NCBI GenBank assembly: GCA_013334225.1
Contig: JAAXXY010000006.1
Span: forward strand, 10,144 to 74,143
Direction: 5' to 3'
DNA from: Chlorobiaceae bacterium
Lineage (GTDB): Bacteria; Bacteroidota; Chlorobiia; Chlorobiales; Chlorobiaceae
Length of the DNA: 64,000 nucleotides
The translations under genes and the position numbers were made by a program. Positions 9,767-19,700 of the stretch are shown here, piece by piece. Numbering within the stretch: position 1 is the first letter of the stretch; each line of letters starts with the position of its first letter. Below the pieces are notes generated by a model. It saw only the letters and a list, made by a program, of their open reading frames with translations. It made no database searches and was not told where the DNA came from.

Positions 9767-12142
9767 TCACTTAAGTTCCACAACGGTTACCCCGCTTCCC
9801 CCTTCGTTCCACTCACCGAGACGGAAACTTTTTACCGATGGATGCTGCTGAAGGAACTCCGTGGTCCTCTGCCGCAGCGAACCGCTTCCCTTCCCATGAA
9901 CAATCATACCCGAACGGATAGCGTTCAGGCGCATCGAATCGATAAAACGGTCGATTTTCAAGATCGCTTCGTCCCCGCTGAGGCCGCGAAGATCGAGCCT
10001 CGTCGAATCGATTCCTCCGGAAGTGACCGACCATGATGTTTTTCCGGATTGCTCTGCGGAATCCCTGTGGATTTTTTTCTCCTCTCTCCTTGAAATTTTC
10101 TCGATGTTCTTAAGGGAGGTCGTGAGCCTGAAATTTCCGCACCTGACAACGGCCGTTTCCCTGCTGACACTTTCAACTTCTCCCGTAGCGCTTGAATCAA
10201 GGATCCGGACAAGATCACCTTCACGTATCGAGTAATCGGTCTTTTCTTCTGTTTCCCCGATAATAACGGATACATCTTTTTCAGCGCTCTTCTTTTTCGC
10301 CTCGAGCTTTTTTCTTGCTTCCCGAATTTTCAGTTCATCGTCCGGTGAGCTTTTAACCTCATGAAGGATACCCTTTATCTCTTTCCGGGCATGCTCAACC
10401 TCCCTCATGAGTTCCTTCGCTGCACCGAGCCTGAGCTCTTTCCTTTTTCTTGAAAACAGGTTTTCTTCCTCGCGAAGCGTACGTTCGCGTTCTTCGAGCT
10501 CCCGTTCCTCTCCGGCAAGACGTTTCCTCAGGACACGGTTTTCCTCCAGCAGGGCTTGCAGATCATCGAGCATCCGATCGAGACCGATACGCTCACTGTG
10601 CATGTAGCTCAATGCCTTGTCAACCATGGAAGCGGGAAAACCCATCCGCTTCATCATGGCGAAGGCAAAGCTGTTGCCGGGGAGTCCCTTTATAAACCTG
10701 AAGGTCGGTTCGAGCCCCGACCGGTCGAACTCCATTGCACCGTTCAGCACTCCTTCTCGTTCATGGGCGTAGGCTTTGAGTTCGCCGATATGTGTTGTAA
10801 CTATCGCCTTGCCTGCGTGAACGAGCAGATCTTCGATCACGGCCCTTGCAATCGCGCCTCCCTCCTCGACATCGGTACCCGCACAAAGTTCATCGATCAT
10901 GACAAGGTCCGATGTGCCTGCGGCATCGAGTATTTTTCTTATTTCCCCAAGATGGGAACTGAATGTTGAAAGATCGTTCTCGATTGACTGATCATCACCG
11001 ATCTCGATAAAAATATCACTGAAAAGGGGAAAAGCCGAGCTTTCACTGCATGGAGGCAGATAACCGTGAACCAGCATGCAGCACAGGAGCCCGACGGTTT
11101 TCATGGCAACGGTCTTTCCGCCTGCATTCGGGCCTGAAATCACAAGCACCCGTTCATTTTCCTCGAGGGCCAGATCGAGAGGAAAAACTTTCTTGTCGCG
11201 GTGCGATATAAGCAGCCAAGGGTGAAAGCCTCTTACTATCCGCAGTGTATTCGTTTCGGATATCTGCGGCAGCACACCTTGAATTTCAACAGCAAAACGA
11301 GCCCGCCCGTAAAGGGAGTCAAACTCGCAAAGCAGGTTCTCATTGTGCCTGATGTTTTCGAGATCATAACGGAGTTTGTCCGAAACCTCCTTCAATATGC
11401 GTTCTATCTCCCTCCGTTCCGCTATCTGAAGGTGCTGGATCCTGTTGCTGAGATCGAGCGTTTCTGCCGGTTCGATAAAAACCGTCTGGCCCGAGCCTGA
11501 ATAATCCTGGATATAGCCATTCAGCTTGTGCCTGTACTCGACTTTCAGGCCAAGTGTCAGACGGCCGTTCTTCACGGCGACAACTTCCTCCATGAGCCAT
11601 CCGCTGGCGGAACAGTGCCTGAGCAGACGATCCATCTTCCTGCGGATCTGTTCCCTTCCGGAACTCAGTTCCTGCCTGATCATCAGCAGCGTATCGCTGG
11701 CCGTATCCTTCACGTTGTCCTGTTCGTCGATTATGGTACGGATCGCAGCCTGCAGACTCCTTTCAAGCCAGAGATTTATCGTCAGGTCATTGGTCCTGGG
11801 ATACACCTCCCGGTTCTGGAACATGAATTTCCTGAGCTGTACCGAAGAATAGAGAAGATGAAAGATATCCTGAAGTTCCTCAGGCTCGAGGTAGCTTTCA
11901 AGAATTTCAAGCTTTTTCAGATGCGGTCGCGTATCCGGCAGGCAGGAAACCGGAACTGAAAGGCCTTCTTCAAGCAGGTTTTTCAGCTCGAGCACCTTTT
12001 CAAGCTCTGAAACAAGCTCGTGACGTGAAAGGAATGGCTTCGCGGCAAGAAGTCTGTCCCGCCCCATTGCAGAAAGACAGTACCTGGCCGCATGGTCGGA
12101 TACCCTGTCGAATTCGAGTTTTTTTAACGTAAAGCTGTTCAT
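9767..12142 (-). CDS. mutS2: Endonuclease MutS2
   Basis: LEFD N-terminus, GPNAGGKT, QSIENDLSTFSSH, DELCAGTD, TTH; C-terminal Smr domain (LDLRG, HGKGSG). Confidence 0.95.
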   Translation of the reverse strand: MNSFTLKKLEFDRVSDHAARYCLSAMGRDRLLAAKPFLSRHELVSELEKVLELKNLLEEGLSVPVSCLPDTRPHLKKLEILESYLEPEELQDIFHLLYSSVQLRKFMFQNREVYPRTNDLTINLWLERSLQAAIRTIIDEQDNVKDTASDTLLMIRQELSSGREQIRRKMDRLLRHCSASGWLMEEVVAVKNGRLTLGLKVEYRHKLNGYIQDYSGSGQTVFIEPAETLDLSNRIQHLQIAERREIERILKEVSDKLRYDLENIRHNENLLCEFDSLYGRARFAVEIQGVLPQISETNTLRIVRGFHPWLLISHRDKKVFPLDLALEENERVLVISGPNAGGKTVAMKTVGLLCCMLVHGYLPPCSESSAFPLFSDIFIEIGDDQSIENDLSTFSSHLGEIRKILDAAGTSDLVMIDELCAGTDVEEGGAIARAVIEDLLVHAGKAIVTTHIGELKAYAHEREGVLNGAMEFDRSGLEPTFRFIKGLPGNSFAFAMMKRMGFPASMVDKALSYMHSERIGLDRMLDDLQALLEENRVLRKRLAGEERELEERERTLREEENLFSRKRKELRLGAAKELMREVEHARKEIKGILHEVKSSPDDELKIREARKKLEAKKKSAEKDVSVIIGETEEKTDYSIREGDLVRILDSSATGEVESVSRETAVVRCGNFRLTTSLKNIEKISRREEKKIHRDSAEQSGKTSWSVTSGGIDSTRLDLRGLSGDEAILKIDRFIDSMRLNAIRSGMIVHGKGSGSLRQRTTEFLQQHPSVKSFRLGEWNEGGSGVTVVELK

Positions 12143-12355
12143 AAACACTGTCCGAGTTCCATATACGCATTCAATCAGTTTTTCATCGCCGTAAACATAA
12201 AAAAAGGCGCCTGGCTTTCAAACACTCTTTCAACTTAGCAAATTTCCATGAAGTTGGTCTGCTTTTTCAAGGATGAAAAAGGAATCAATAACAGAAGGCT
12301 ACCGTTCCGGAAAATAGTCGGAAATGAAATGAATTCATCAATCATGGAGGGCTTT

Positions 12356-12571
12356 ATGCAGCGGAACGTTACCCTGAAAAGATCGCTGATCAAGGCGATC
12401 ACTTACCGCATCTTCATTGTCTGCCTTGACTTCCTGACCATTTACCTTTTAACCGGAAAAATGCAGCTTGCCCTGGGGTTTATGATTGTGAGCAACATCT
12501 ACACTTCACTCGGCTATTTTCTGCATGAAAGGATATGGAACCGTATCCGTTGGGGAATCAGTGAGGGTTGA
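12356..12571 (+). CDS. DUF2061 small membrane protein
   Basis: RSLIKAITYR ... YFLHERIWNRIRWG signature; GGAGG RBS before ATG at 12356. Confidence 0.85.
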   Translation: MQRNVTLKRSLIKAITYRIFIVCLDFLTIYLLTGKMQLALGFMIVSNIYTSLGYFLHERIWNRIRWGISEG

Positions 12572-12682
12572 GCCGCGTTATCTCTTTTCTTTTTTTTTTC
12601 ATTACTTTCGCATTACATCCGGACAGCCTTTGAACCTGAAGATCCGGTCTGAGTTTTTACAACTGTTTATCACCGAACATAC

Positions 12683-13393
12683 ATGAGATTAGCCGTCAAT
12701 ATAGATCACATCGCCACATTGCGGAACGCACGCGGAGAGGGTGTTCCCGATCCGGTCGAGGCCGCCATTGCGGCTGAAAAAAGCGGTGCCGCAGGTATCG
12801 TCTGCCACCTTCGCGAAGACCGCCGACACATAAAAGACGATGACCTCACGAACCTGCGCTCTGCAGTCACGACGAAACTCGACCTCGAAATGGCCATGAC
12901 GCCCGAAATGCAGGCTATCGCGCTCAGAACAAAACCTGAGCTTATCACGCTCGTTCCTGAAAAACGCGAGGAACTAACAACTGAAGGCGGATTCAATATC
13001 GTCGCCCATTATAGTTCTCTCGTCGAATTCGTGAAGCCCTTCAAGGGATCAGGAATCGAGGTCAGCCTGTTCATCGAACCTGAAAAACAGGCTATCGATC
13101 TCTCCTTCGGGGCTGGAGCCGATCTCGTCGAACTGCACACCGGTAAATATGCCCTGCAGCATGATGAAGAAAATATTGCACGTGAATTCCGCAGGATCAG
13201 TGAGGCTGCGGCTTACGCAAAAAACCTCGGCTTGAAAGTCGTTGCCGGACATGGGCTCAACTATGGCAACATCGCACCTTTCGGAAAAATTGTTGAAATA
13301 GAGGAAGTCAGCATCGGCCATGCCATTATCGCGCGTGCCGTCATGACAGGACTTGCCGAAGCGGTAAGGGAAATGATCAGCATCATTGGATAA
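12683..13393 (+). CDS. pdxJ: Pyridoxine 5'-phosphate synthase
   Basis: [40 protein letters not shown]. Confidence 0.97.
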   Translation: MRLAVNIDHIATLRNARGEGVPDPVEAAIAAEKSGAAGIVCHLREDRRHIKDDDLTNLRSAVTTKLDLEMAMTPEMQAIALRTKPELITLVPEKREELTTEGGFNIVAHYSSLVEFVKPFKGSGIEVSLFIEPEKQAIDLSFGAGADLVELHTGKYALQHDEENIAREFRRISEAAAYAKNLGLKVVAGHGLNYGNIAPFGKIVEIEEVSIGHAIIARAVMTGLAEAVREMISIIG

Positions 13394-13398
13394 CGGCG

Positions 13399-14100
13399 AT
13401 GAGCACAAATTCTGAAAACAGGATCACGATCGTGCTCGCCACGGGAAATCGTGACAAGGTCAGGGAAATACGCCCACTTCTCGAAAACATTTCACCTCTG
13501 ATCGAGATATTCTGCCTCCGGGACCTCGGAGCCGAAATCGAGGTCGACGAAACCGAAGAAACCCTTGAAGGAAATGCGCTGCTCAAGGCAAAAGCCATAT
13601 TCAGCCACCTTGCCGGTCGTTTCCGGTACATGATCGCCCTCGCTGATGACACCGGACTCGAGGTTGACTCCCTGCAGGGAGCTCCCGGTGTTTATTCAGC
13701 CCGTTATGCACCCATGCCGGACCATAGGCCGCCGGCTTATGAAGATAATGTCCGATATCTGCTCGAACGCATGCAGGGTATCGAAAACCGCAAAGCGTAT
13801 TTCCGGACGGTGATCGCTCTGAAAGGATGCATTCCGTCCGCCGGCGGAGATTTTTCTTTCGAGCATACCTGTGAAGGATCTGTAAGCGGAACGATAACCC
13901 AGGAAAGGAAGGGTGGCGAAGGGTTCGGCTACGATCCTGTTTTCATGGTCGATGGAACCGGCAGAACCTATGCTGAAATGAGCATCGCTGAAAAAAACTC
14001 CCTCAGCCACCGAGCCCTTGCCGTTCGAAAAGCTGTCACCGACCTGAATAACATTTTGCAGCAATCATCTTCCCCCAATCGCCAACCTGAAAAACAATGA
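13399..14100 (+). CDS. rdgB: dITP/XTP pyrophosphatase (HAM1 family)
   Basis: ATGN..K, ADDTGL, PGVYSARY, GFGYDP, SHR. Confidence 0.95.
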   Translation: MSTNSENRITIVLATGNRDKVREIRPLLENISPLIEIFCLRDLGAEIEVDETEETLEGNALLKAKAIFSHLAGRFRYMIALADDTGLEVDSLQGAPGVYSARYAPMPDHRPPAYEDNVRYLLERMQGIENRKAYFRTVIALKGCIPSAGGDFSFEHTCEGSVSGTITQERKGGEGFGYDPVFMVDGTGRTYAEMSIAEKNSLSHRALAVRKAVTDLNNILQQSSSPNRQPEKQ

Positions 14101-14945
14101 CCACTCCTGAAGCGGCTTTTCTCGGCCTGATACAGGGATTGACGGAATTTCTGCCTGTCAGCAGCACCGCTCACCTGAGAATCGTGCCCGCCCTTGCCGG
14201 ATGGGAAGATCCCGGAGCCGCTTTCACTGCGATCATTCAGCTCGGTACTCTTGCTGCCGTGCTGATCTATTTCCGCAATGATATTTTCACGATCTCAAGG
14301 GCAGTTATCCAGGGATTGCTCAACCGGAAACCGCTGGAAACCACTGAATCGAAAATGGGATGGATGATTGCTGCTGGCACCGTTCCGATCGTTTTCTTCG
14401 GTCTTCTGTTCAAATCGCAGATTGAAACAAGCCTTCGTTCCCTTTACTGGATCAGCGGAGCCCTCATCATCCTTGCCTTTGTGCTTATCCTGGCTGAACT
14501 GAAAATAAAGAAAAGGCTTGAAAAGAACCTTCCAATGAAATCCCTTGACAATATCGGATGGAAGGAAGCGATCCTCATCGGATTTGCACAGAGTGTCGCA
14601 CTTATTCCAGGATCTTCACGTTCAGGTGTCACGATAACGGGAGGACTTCTGCTGAATCTCGATCGCGCTACCGCTGCCAGATTCTCCTTCCTGCTCTCAC
14701 TTCCTTCCGTATTTGCCGCTGCGATCCTGGAACTTTATCATACGTGGCACGGCATCGCATCATCGCCGGCAAGCGCACTGAACCTGATTGTCGCTACAGC
14801 AGTTGCCGGTATCACAGGCTATGCTTCCATAGCCTTTCTGCTCAACTACCTGAAAAAGCATACGACAACGGTATTCATTGCATACCGTATTGCAGCCGGA
14901 GCAGGTATCCTGTACCTCATTTCCTCGGGACTGCTGACGCCCTGA
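14097..14945 (+). CDS. uppP: Undecaprenyl-diphosphate phosphatase
   Basis: QGLTEFLPVSST.H, PGSSRSG and ARFSFLLS.P motifs. Confidence 0.96.
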   Translation: MTTPEAAFLGLIQGLTEFLPVSSTAHLRIVPALAGWEDPGAAFTAIIQLGTLAAVLIYFRNDIFTISRAVIQGLLNRKPLETTESKMGWMIAAGTVPIVFFGLLFKSQIETSLRSLYWISGALIILAFVLILAELKIKKRLEKNLPMKSLDNIGWKEAILIGFAQSVALIPGSSRSGVTITGGLLLNLDRATAARFSFLLSLPSVFAAAILELYHTWHGIASSPASALNLIVATAVAGITGYASIAFLLNYLKKHTTTVFIAYRIAAGAGILYLISSGLLTP

Positions 14946-15151
14946 CAAGGAGAGAACCACTCGGAAAATATTTCCTGGCCGACTCAGTTAACGCTGTGTT
15001 TTTAAAGCATATCCCGATTTCGGGGTATGCCTGGCCATGTTTTTCAGATGGCAACTTTTTACCATGAAAAATAATTCTCATTTCTGTAAAACGGACTGCG
15101 AATTTTTCTTATATATAGATATGATACAATTAACAACTTAACCATACAGCC

Positions 15152-16012
15152 ATGCCGTACAGCTCGTCAGGCGTAGGGCATAATGGCTTTGAAAAAGCAG
15201 ACTTACATATACACACAAAATGTTCAGATGGCATTTTCACACCGGAGGAGATTGTAGATAAAGCAGTCCAGTCCGGATTGAAGGCTATTAGTATAACTGA
15301 TCATGACTCTGTTTTAGGTATTGACAAAGCAAAGCCATTAGCCTTGGAGAAAGGCGTTGAGCTTATTCCGGGTGTGGAAATGAGCTCGACATACAAGGGG
15401 TATGATATTCATGTCCTCGGTTATTTTTTCAATTATCAGCACTCGGAGCTGAAAAGATATCTCGACCATTGCCGCCAGCTTCGTACCGAAAGGGCTGAAC
15501 GTATGGTAACCAAACTTGCCAAGATGGGTGTGAAGATCGGTATTGAGCAGATCATTACCAAAGCCCAGAACGGCAGTGTAGGCAGACCTCATATTGCCGC
15601 CGTGCTTCAGGATGTCGGATATGTGAAGAGCTTCAGCGAGGCTTTCAGCAAGTATCTCGGTTCGCACAGCCCCGCTTATGTGAAAAGCATTGAAACGCAT
15701 CCGGCCGAAGTAATCAGGCTCATTAACGAGGCATCGGGGCTCTCTTTTCTTGCCCATCCGGCACAGAACATACCCGATGAAACCCTCAAGCAACTGATCA
15801 CGTTCGGCCTTGACGGCATTGAAATTGTTCATCCATCCCATGATGCGTACAAACAGAATTACTATCGGGAAATCGCTAACGAGTATTTTCTCCTCTTTTC
15901 CGGGGGGTCCGATTACCATGGACTGAAAGAGCGTGATGAAGACACCTTCGGGAGGGTAACCATCCCCTACCAGTGGGTGACGAAAATGAAGTGCCGGCTT
16001 GTAAATGCCTGA
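15152..16012 (+). CDS. PHP domain metal-dependent phosphoesterase
   Basis: DLHIHT..SDG, ITDHD, GRPHIA, LAHP, GGSDYHG. Confidence 0.92.
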   Translation: MPYSSSGVGHNGFEKADLHIHTKCSDGIFTPEEIVDKAVQSGLKAISITDHDSVLGIDKAKPLALEKGVELIPGVEMSSTYKGYDIHVLGYFFNYQHSELKRYLDHCRQLRTERAERMVTKLAKMGVKIGIEQIITKAQNGSVGRPHIAAVLQDVGYVKSFSEAFSKYLGSHSPAYVKSIETHPAEVIRLINEASGLSFLAHPAQNIPDETLKQLITFGLDGIEIVHPSHDAYKQNYYREIANEYFLLFSGGSDYHGLKERDEDTFGRVTIPYQWVTKMKCRLVNA

Positions 16013-16112
16013 AAAATATGTGATTTGGCTTTTAACGAAGTTTTGCTATTATTTCGAACATGTTTTTCAGGCTCTGCTGTCTACGGGCAGTGACCCTTAT
16101 CATTAAACGTTT

Positions 16113-16907
16113 ATGCTGTCAAACATCATAGGGAATCTGTGGAAACAGTTCACCTCCGATCTCAAGGAATTTCTCTACAACATTCAGGAGTTTTTCTTTT
16201 TTTCATTGAGGGCTTTTTTCACGTTTCCGAAAATGAAACGTTACTGGAGAGACGTTCTTGACCAGATGGCAATATGCGGCACTGACTCGATTCCGATTGT
16301 TCTGGTAAGTTCCATATCGATCGGGGCCCTGCTTGCAATCGAGGTCGGAAACCTACTTGAAGATTTCGGAGCAAAAACCATGCTCGGAAGATCTACGTCC
16401 ATTTCCGTTCTCCGGGAACTTGGCCCCCTGCTGATGGGGCTCATGCTCTCTGCACGGTTCGGGTCAAGAAACGGCGCCGAGCTTGGCGCCATGAAAATTT
16501 CCGAACAGATCGATGCCCTTCGTGCCTTCGGTACCGATCCGATTGCAAAACTGGTCATGCCGAGACTGGTCGCTGCTCTCATCATGTTTTTTCCACTGAC
16601 CGCACTTTCTGATTATGCAGGACTGCACAGTGCCGCCTATCTTGCCGAGCATTACCACAAGCTCGATCCGGGCATATTCTGGAATTCGGTTTACCCGAGG
16701 CTTGTGCCGAAAGATTTCGTGGTGGGATTTCTCAAGGCCCCGGTTTTCGCAATAATTATCACGCTTGTCAGCAGTTTCAACGGCTTTTCCGCAAGGGGTG
16801 GAACGGCCGGCGTAGGGCGTTCGACCATCAAGGGAATCGTCGTGTCTTCCGGACTTGTGCTGGTTGCAAATTTTTACGTCTCCAAAATAGTCCTGGAAAA
16901 CATGTAG
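16113..16907 (+). CDS. mlaE: MlaE-family ABC transporter permease
   Basis: RELGP, AELGAMKISEQIDAL and GGT.GVG.ST motifs. Confidence 0.88.
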   Translation: MLSNIIGNLWKQFTSDLKEFLYNIQEFFFFSLRAFFTFPKMKRYWRDVLDQMAICGTDSIPIVLVSSISIGALLAIEVGNLLEDFGAKTMLGRSTSISVLRELGPLLMGLMLSARFGSRNGAELGAMKISEQIDALRAFGTDPIAKLVMPRLVAALIMFFPLTALSDYAGLHSAAYLAEHYHKLDPGIFWNSVYPRLVPKDFVVGFLKAPVFAIIITLVSSFNGFSARGGTAGVGRSTIKGIVVSSGLVLVANFYVSKIVLENM

Positions 16908-16911
16908 TCCC

Positions 16912-17646
16912 ATGATCGAGTTGAAAAATGTATGCCTGAGCTTCGGAGACAAACAGATCCTGAAAAATATCTCCCTGAAGGTACAGGATAACACCATCAA
17001 GGCAATTCTCGGACCGAGCGGCGTGGGAAAAAGTACGATTCTCAAGCTGATGCTCGGCCTGATAAAACCGGATTGCGGCAAAGTGCTGGTTGATGATACC
17101 GATATCACCAGCATGAAGGAAATCGAGCTCTATGAAATCCGGCGGAAAATGGGAATGGTGTTTCAGGGAAATGCGCTTTTCGATTCTCTGACAATCAGCC
17201 AGAACCTCGGTTTTTTTCTTCGGGAAAACCTGAACCTTCCGGAACCGGAGGTCACTCAGAGAGTGGGAGAACAGATCCGGTTCGCTGGCCTCGAAGGATA
17301 CGAAGACAAGCTTCCCGAAAGCCTGAGCGGCGGTATGCGTAAAAGGGTTGCGATCGGCAGGGCACTGATATTCAAGCCTCACATGATCCTTTTTGACGAA
17401 CCTACGGCAGGTCTGGACCCGGTCAGCTCGAAAAAAATCCTATCCCTTATCAGTGAACTGCGTCACAACAACAACCTCGGAGCCGTTATCGTCACCCATA
17501 TTATTGACGATGTGTTTCATTCAGCTGATTGTGTCGCCGTTCTCTACCAGGGTGAGATCATATTCGACGATGTCACGGAAAAGCTCCATGACTCGCAGCA
17601 TCCGTTTATACGATCAATACTGTCAGACAAAATTCTTGAATTATAA
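16912..17646 (+). CDS. mlaF: MlaF-family ABC transporter ATPase
   Basis: GPSGVGKS, LSGGMRKRV, DEPTAGLDP; lies between mlaE-like and MCE genes. Confidence 0.88.
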   Translation: MIELKNVCLSFGDKQILKNISLKVQDNTIKAILGPSGVGKSTILKLMLGLIKPDCGKVLVDDTDITSMKEIELYEIRRKMGMVFQGNALFDSLTISQNLGFFLRENLNLPEPEVTQRVGEQIRFAGLEGYEDKLPESLSGGMRKRVAIGRALIFKPHMILFDEPTAGLDPVSSKKILSLISELRHNNNLGAVIVTHIIDDVFHSADCVAVLYQGEIIFDDVTEKLHDSQHPFIRSILSDKILEL

Positions 17647-17667
17647 CTTCCAAATGACTTTTCCTGT

Positions 17668-18546
17668 ATGAAAAATCCGAACGCTTTGAAATGGAGCGAT
17701 CTGAAAACCGGCATCTTTTTCATTCTCGGCATCGGTTTTGCAGCTTACCTCGGACTGGTGATCGGCAAGAACACAAACATGTTCACCGGCGTAACGACCG
17801 TAAAAGTCATGTCGCAGGATATGCAGAGCCTTGCTGAAAACAATTTCGTCTCGGTTTCAGGCAAGAAGATCGGCTCGGTTTCGAAAATGGAATTTGTATC
17901 GAGACATGATTCACTCTTCGTCGTTGCCGAGCTCCGGCTGAAAAACGAGTTCGCTCAGCTTGTAACAAAGGATTCGAAAGCCACGATCAAATCACTTGGC
18001 ATTCTCGGAGACAAATATATAGACATCACGACAGGAAAAGGTGCCATAGTCAAAAACGGAGATTTTATCGCTCTCAAGACCGAAGACGGCATGGCTTCAC
18101 TTACGGACAAGGCTGCTTCGACATTTGAAAAAGTAAACGAACTGCTCGACCATCTGAACAATGGGAAAGGAATGGCCGGAAGGCTTGTTTCCGACGAAAA
18201 ACTCGGCAATGAACTTGCTGAAACTGTCGGTAATCTGAAAAACGCGACAACCGAACTTTCAGCCCTTTCCAGAAAGGCATCACATGGTGATGGGCTTCTG
18301 CCGAAGCTCATCAACGACAAAGCGATGGCTAAAAACACCGAAGAGACTATTGAGCGCCTCAACCAGGCGGCCCAGCAGACTGAAACACTGCTTGCAAAGA
18401 TCAACAGCGACAAAGGTACGCTCGGTCAGCTTGCTTCAAACCCGAAGCTCTATAACAACCTGAACCATACACTCTCTTCGCTTGATTCCGTCCTGGTCGA
18501 CCTGAAAAGGAAACCGGGCCGGTATGTGAAATTCTCGCTCTTTTAG
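17668..18546 (+). CDS. mlaD: MCE/MlaD family protein
   Basis: N-terminal TM helix, G..IG.V, LGDKYIDI, helical tail ending 'P.RYVKFSLF'. Confidence 0.85.
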   Translation: MKNPNALKWSDLKTGIFFILGIGFAAYLGLVIGKNTNMFTGVTTVKVMSQDMQSLAENNFVSVSGKKIGSVSKMEFVSRHDSLFVVAELRLKNEFAQLVTKDSKATIKSLGILGDKYIDITTGKGAIVKNGDFIALKTEDGMASLTDKAASTFEKVNELLDHLNNGKGMAGRLVSDEKLGNELAETVGNLKNATTELSALSRKASHGDGLLPKLINDKAMAKNTEETIERLNQAAQQTETLLAKINSDKGTLGQLASNPKLYNNLNHTLSSLDSVLVDLKRKPGRYVKFSLF

Positions 18547-18560
18547 CGCCGGAAATTCCC

Positions 18561-19700
18561 ATGAGCGTGCACCGTACCATCAAAGCAGCATGGCTTTGCC
18601 TCGTCTGTCTTTGTGTATCGTTACAGGCAGAGGCTTCAGGCTATGATTTCCGCCCCCTCGACGCCGCTATTGAAAAAGCGGTAAGGGACAGTGTCTTTCC
18701 GGGTGCAGGCATAGCCGTTATCTGCAGGGATCAGGTGGTTTACCGGAAAGCGTTCGGCCGTATGACCTATGACAGCGAAAGCCGCCGGGTGGATACAGAA
18801 ACGGTTTATGATCTCGCCTCACTTACCAAGGCTGTAGCCACGACAAGCATAATCATGCAGCTTGCAGAACGGGACTCACTTTCCCTGGGGGCTCCTGTTT
18901 GCCGTTACCTTCCGGATTTCGAAAGAAACGGCAAGGAAAAAGTCACCATCGAAAACCTCCTGCGTCATAATTCGGGTCTCAGGGCGCATACCTGGTTCGC
19001 GAAAACCTGCAGGACCCCCGATGAGGTATACACGTCTGTCTATAACGATACTCTGATCAATCCCCCCAATACAACCACGGTATACAGCGACCTTGGTTTC
19101 ATCCTGCTCGGCAGAATCATTGAAACGATTACCGGAAAAAGTCTCTCTTCCAACTTCCACGAGCGCTTCGCCCTGCCGCTCGGTATGAACACAACGATGT
19201 TCAATCCACCTCAGTCGCTGATATGGCATATCGCTCCTGTTGAAAAAGACCGTGACTGGCCTCTTGCAACTCCCCGGCCCCTTGTGCACGACCAGAACGC
19301 TGCCCTTCTCGGAGGAGCCGCAGGGCATGCCGGACTGTATTCGACAACCGGCGACCTTGTTCTGTTCACAAGGATGATGATGAGCGGAGGCAAGCTTGAC
19401 AACAAAACCTTTGTAGAGGAAAACACCATACGGAAATTCCTGTCGCATCCTGAAGGCCTTCGGGCGCTTGGATGGGATGTTCGTTCACCCGGCGGAAGCT
19501 CATCGGCGGGTACCCTCTTTTCAATCGCATCCTATGGTCATCTTGGTTACACCGGTACAAGCATCTGGATCGACCCGACGAGGAACCTGGCTGTGATATT
19601 TCTCTGCAACAGGGTCTATCCGACATCCGAAAACATCAAAATCCGCAAGTTCAGACCTCTGCTGCACGACACCGTCGTCAAATGCCTCGACCTTCAGTAG
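18561..19700 (+). CDS. Secreted serine hydrolase, beta-lactamase class C-like
   Basis: Signal peptide; S-x-x-K (ASLTK), LLRHNSG, YSD, GHAGL, GHLGYTG. Confidence 0.88.
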   Translation: MSVHRTIKAAWLCLVCLCVSLQAEASGYDFRPLDAAIEKAVRDSVFPGAGIAVICRDQVVYRKAFGRMTYDSESRRVDTETVYDLASLTKAVATTSIIMQLAERDSLSLGAPVCRYLPDFERNGKEKVTIENLLRHNSGLRAHTWFAKTCRTPDEVYTSVYNDTLINPPNTTTVYSDLGFILLGRIIETITGKSLSSNFHERFALPLGMNTTMFNPPQSLIWHIAPVEKDRDWPLATPRPLVHDQNAALLGGAAGHAGLYSTTGDLVLFTRMMMSGGKLDNKTFVEENTIRKFLSHPEGLRALGWDVRSPGGSSSAGTLFSIASYGHLGYTGTSIWIDPTRNLAVIFLCNRVYPTSENIKIRKFRPLLHDTVVKCLDLQ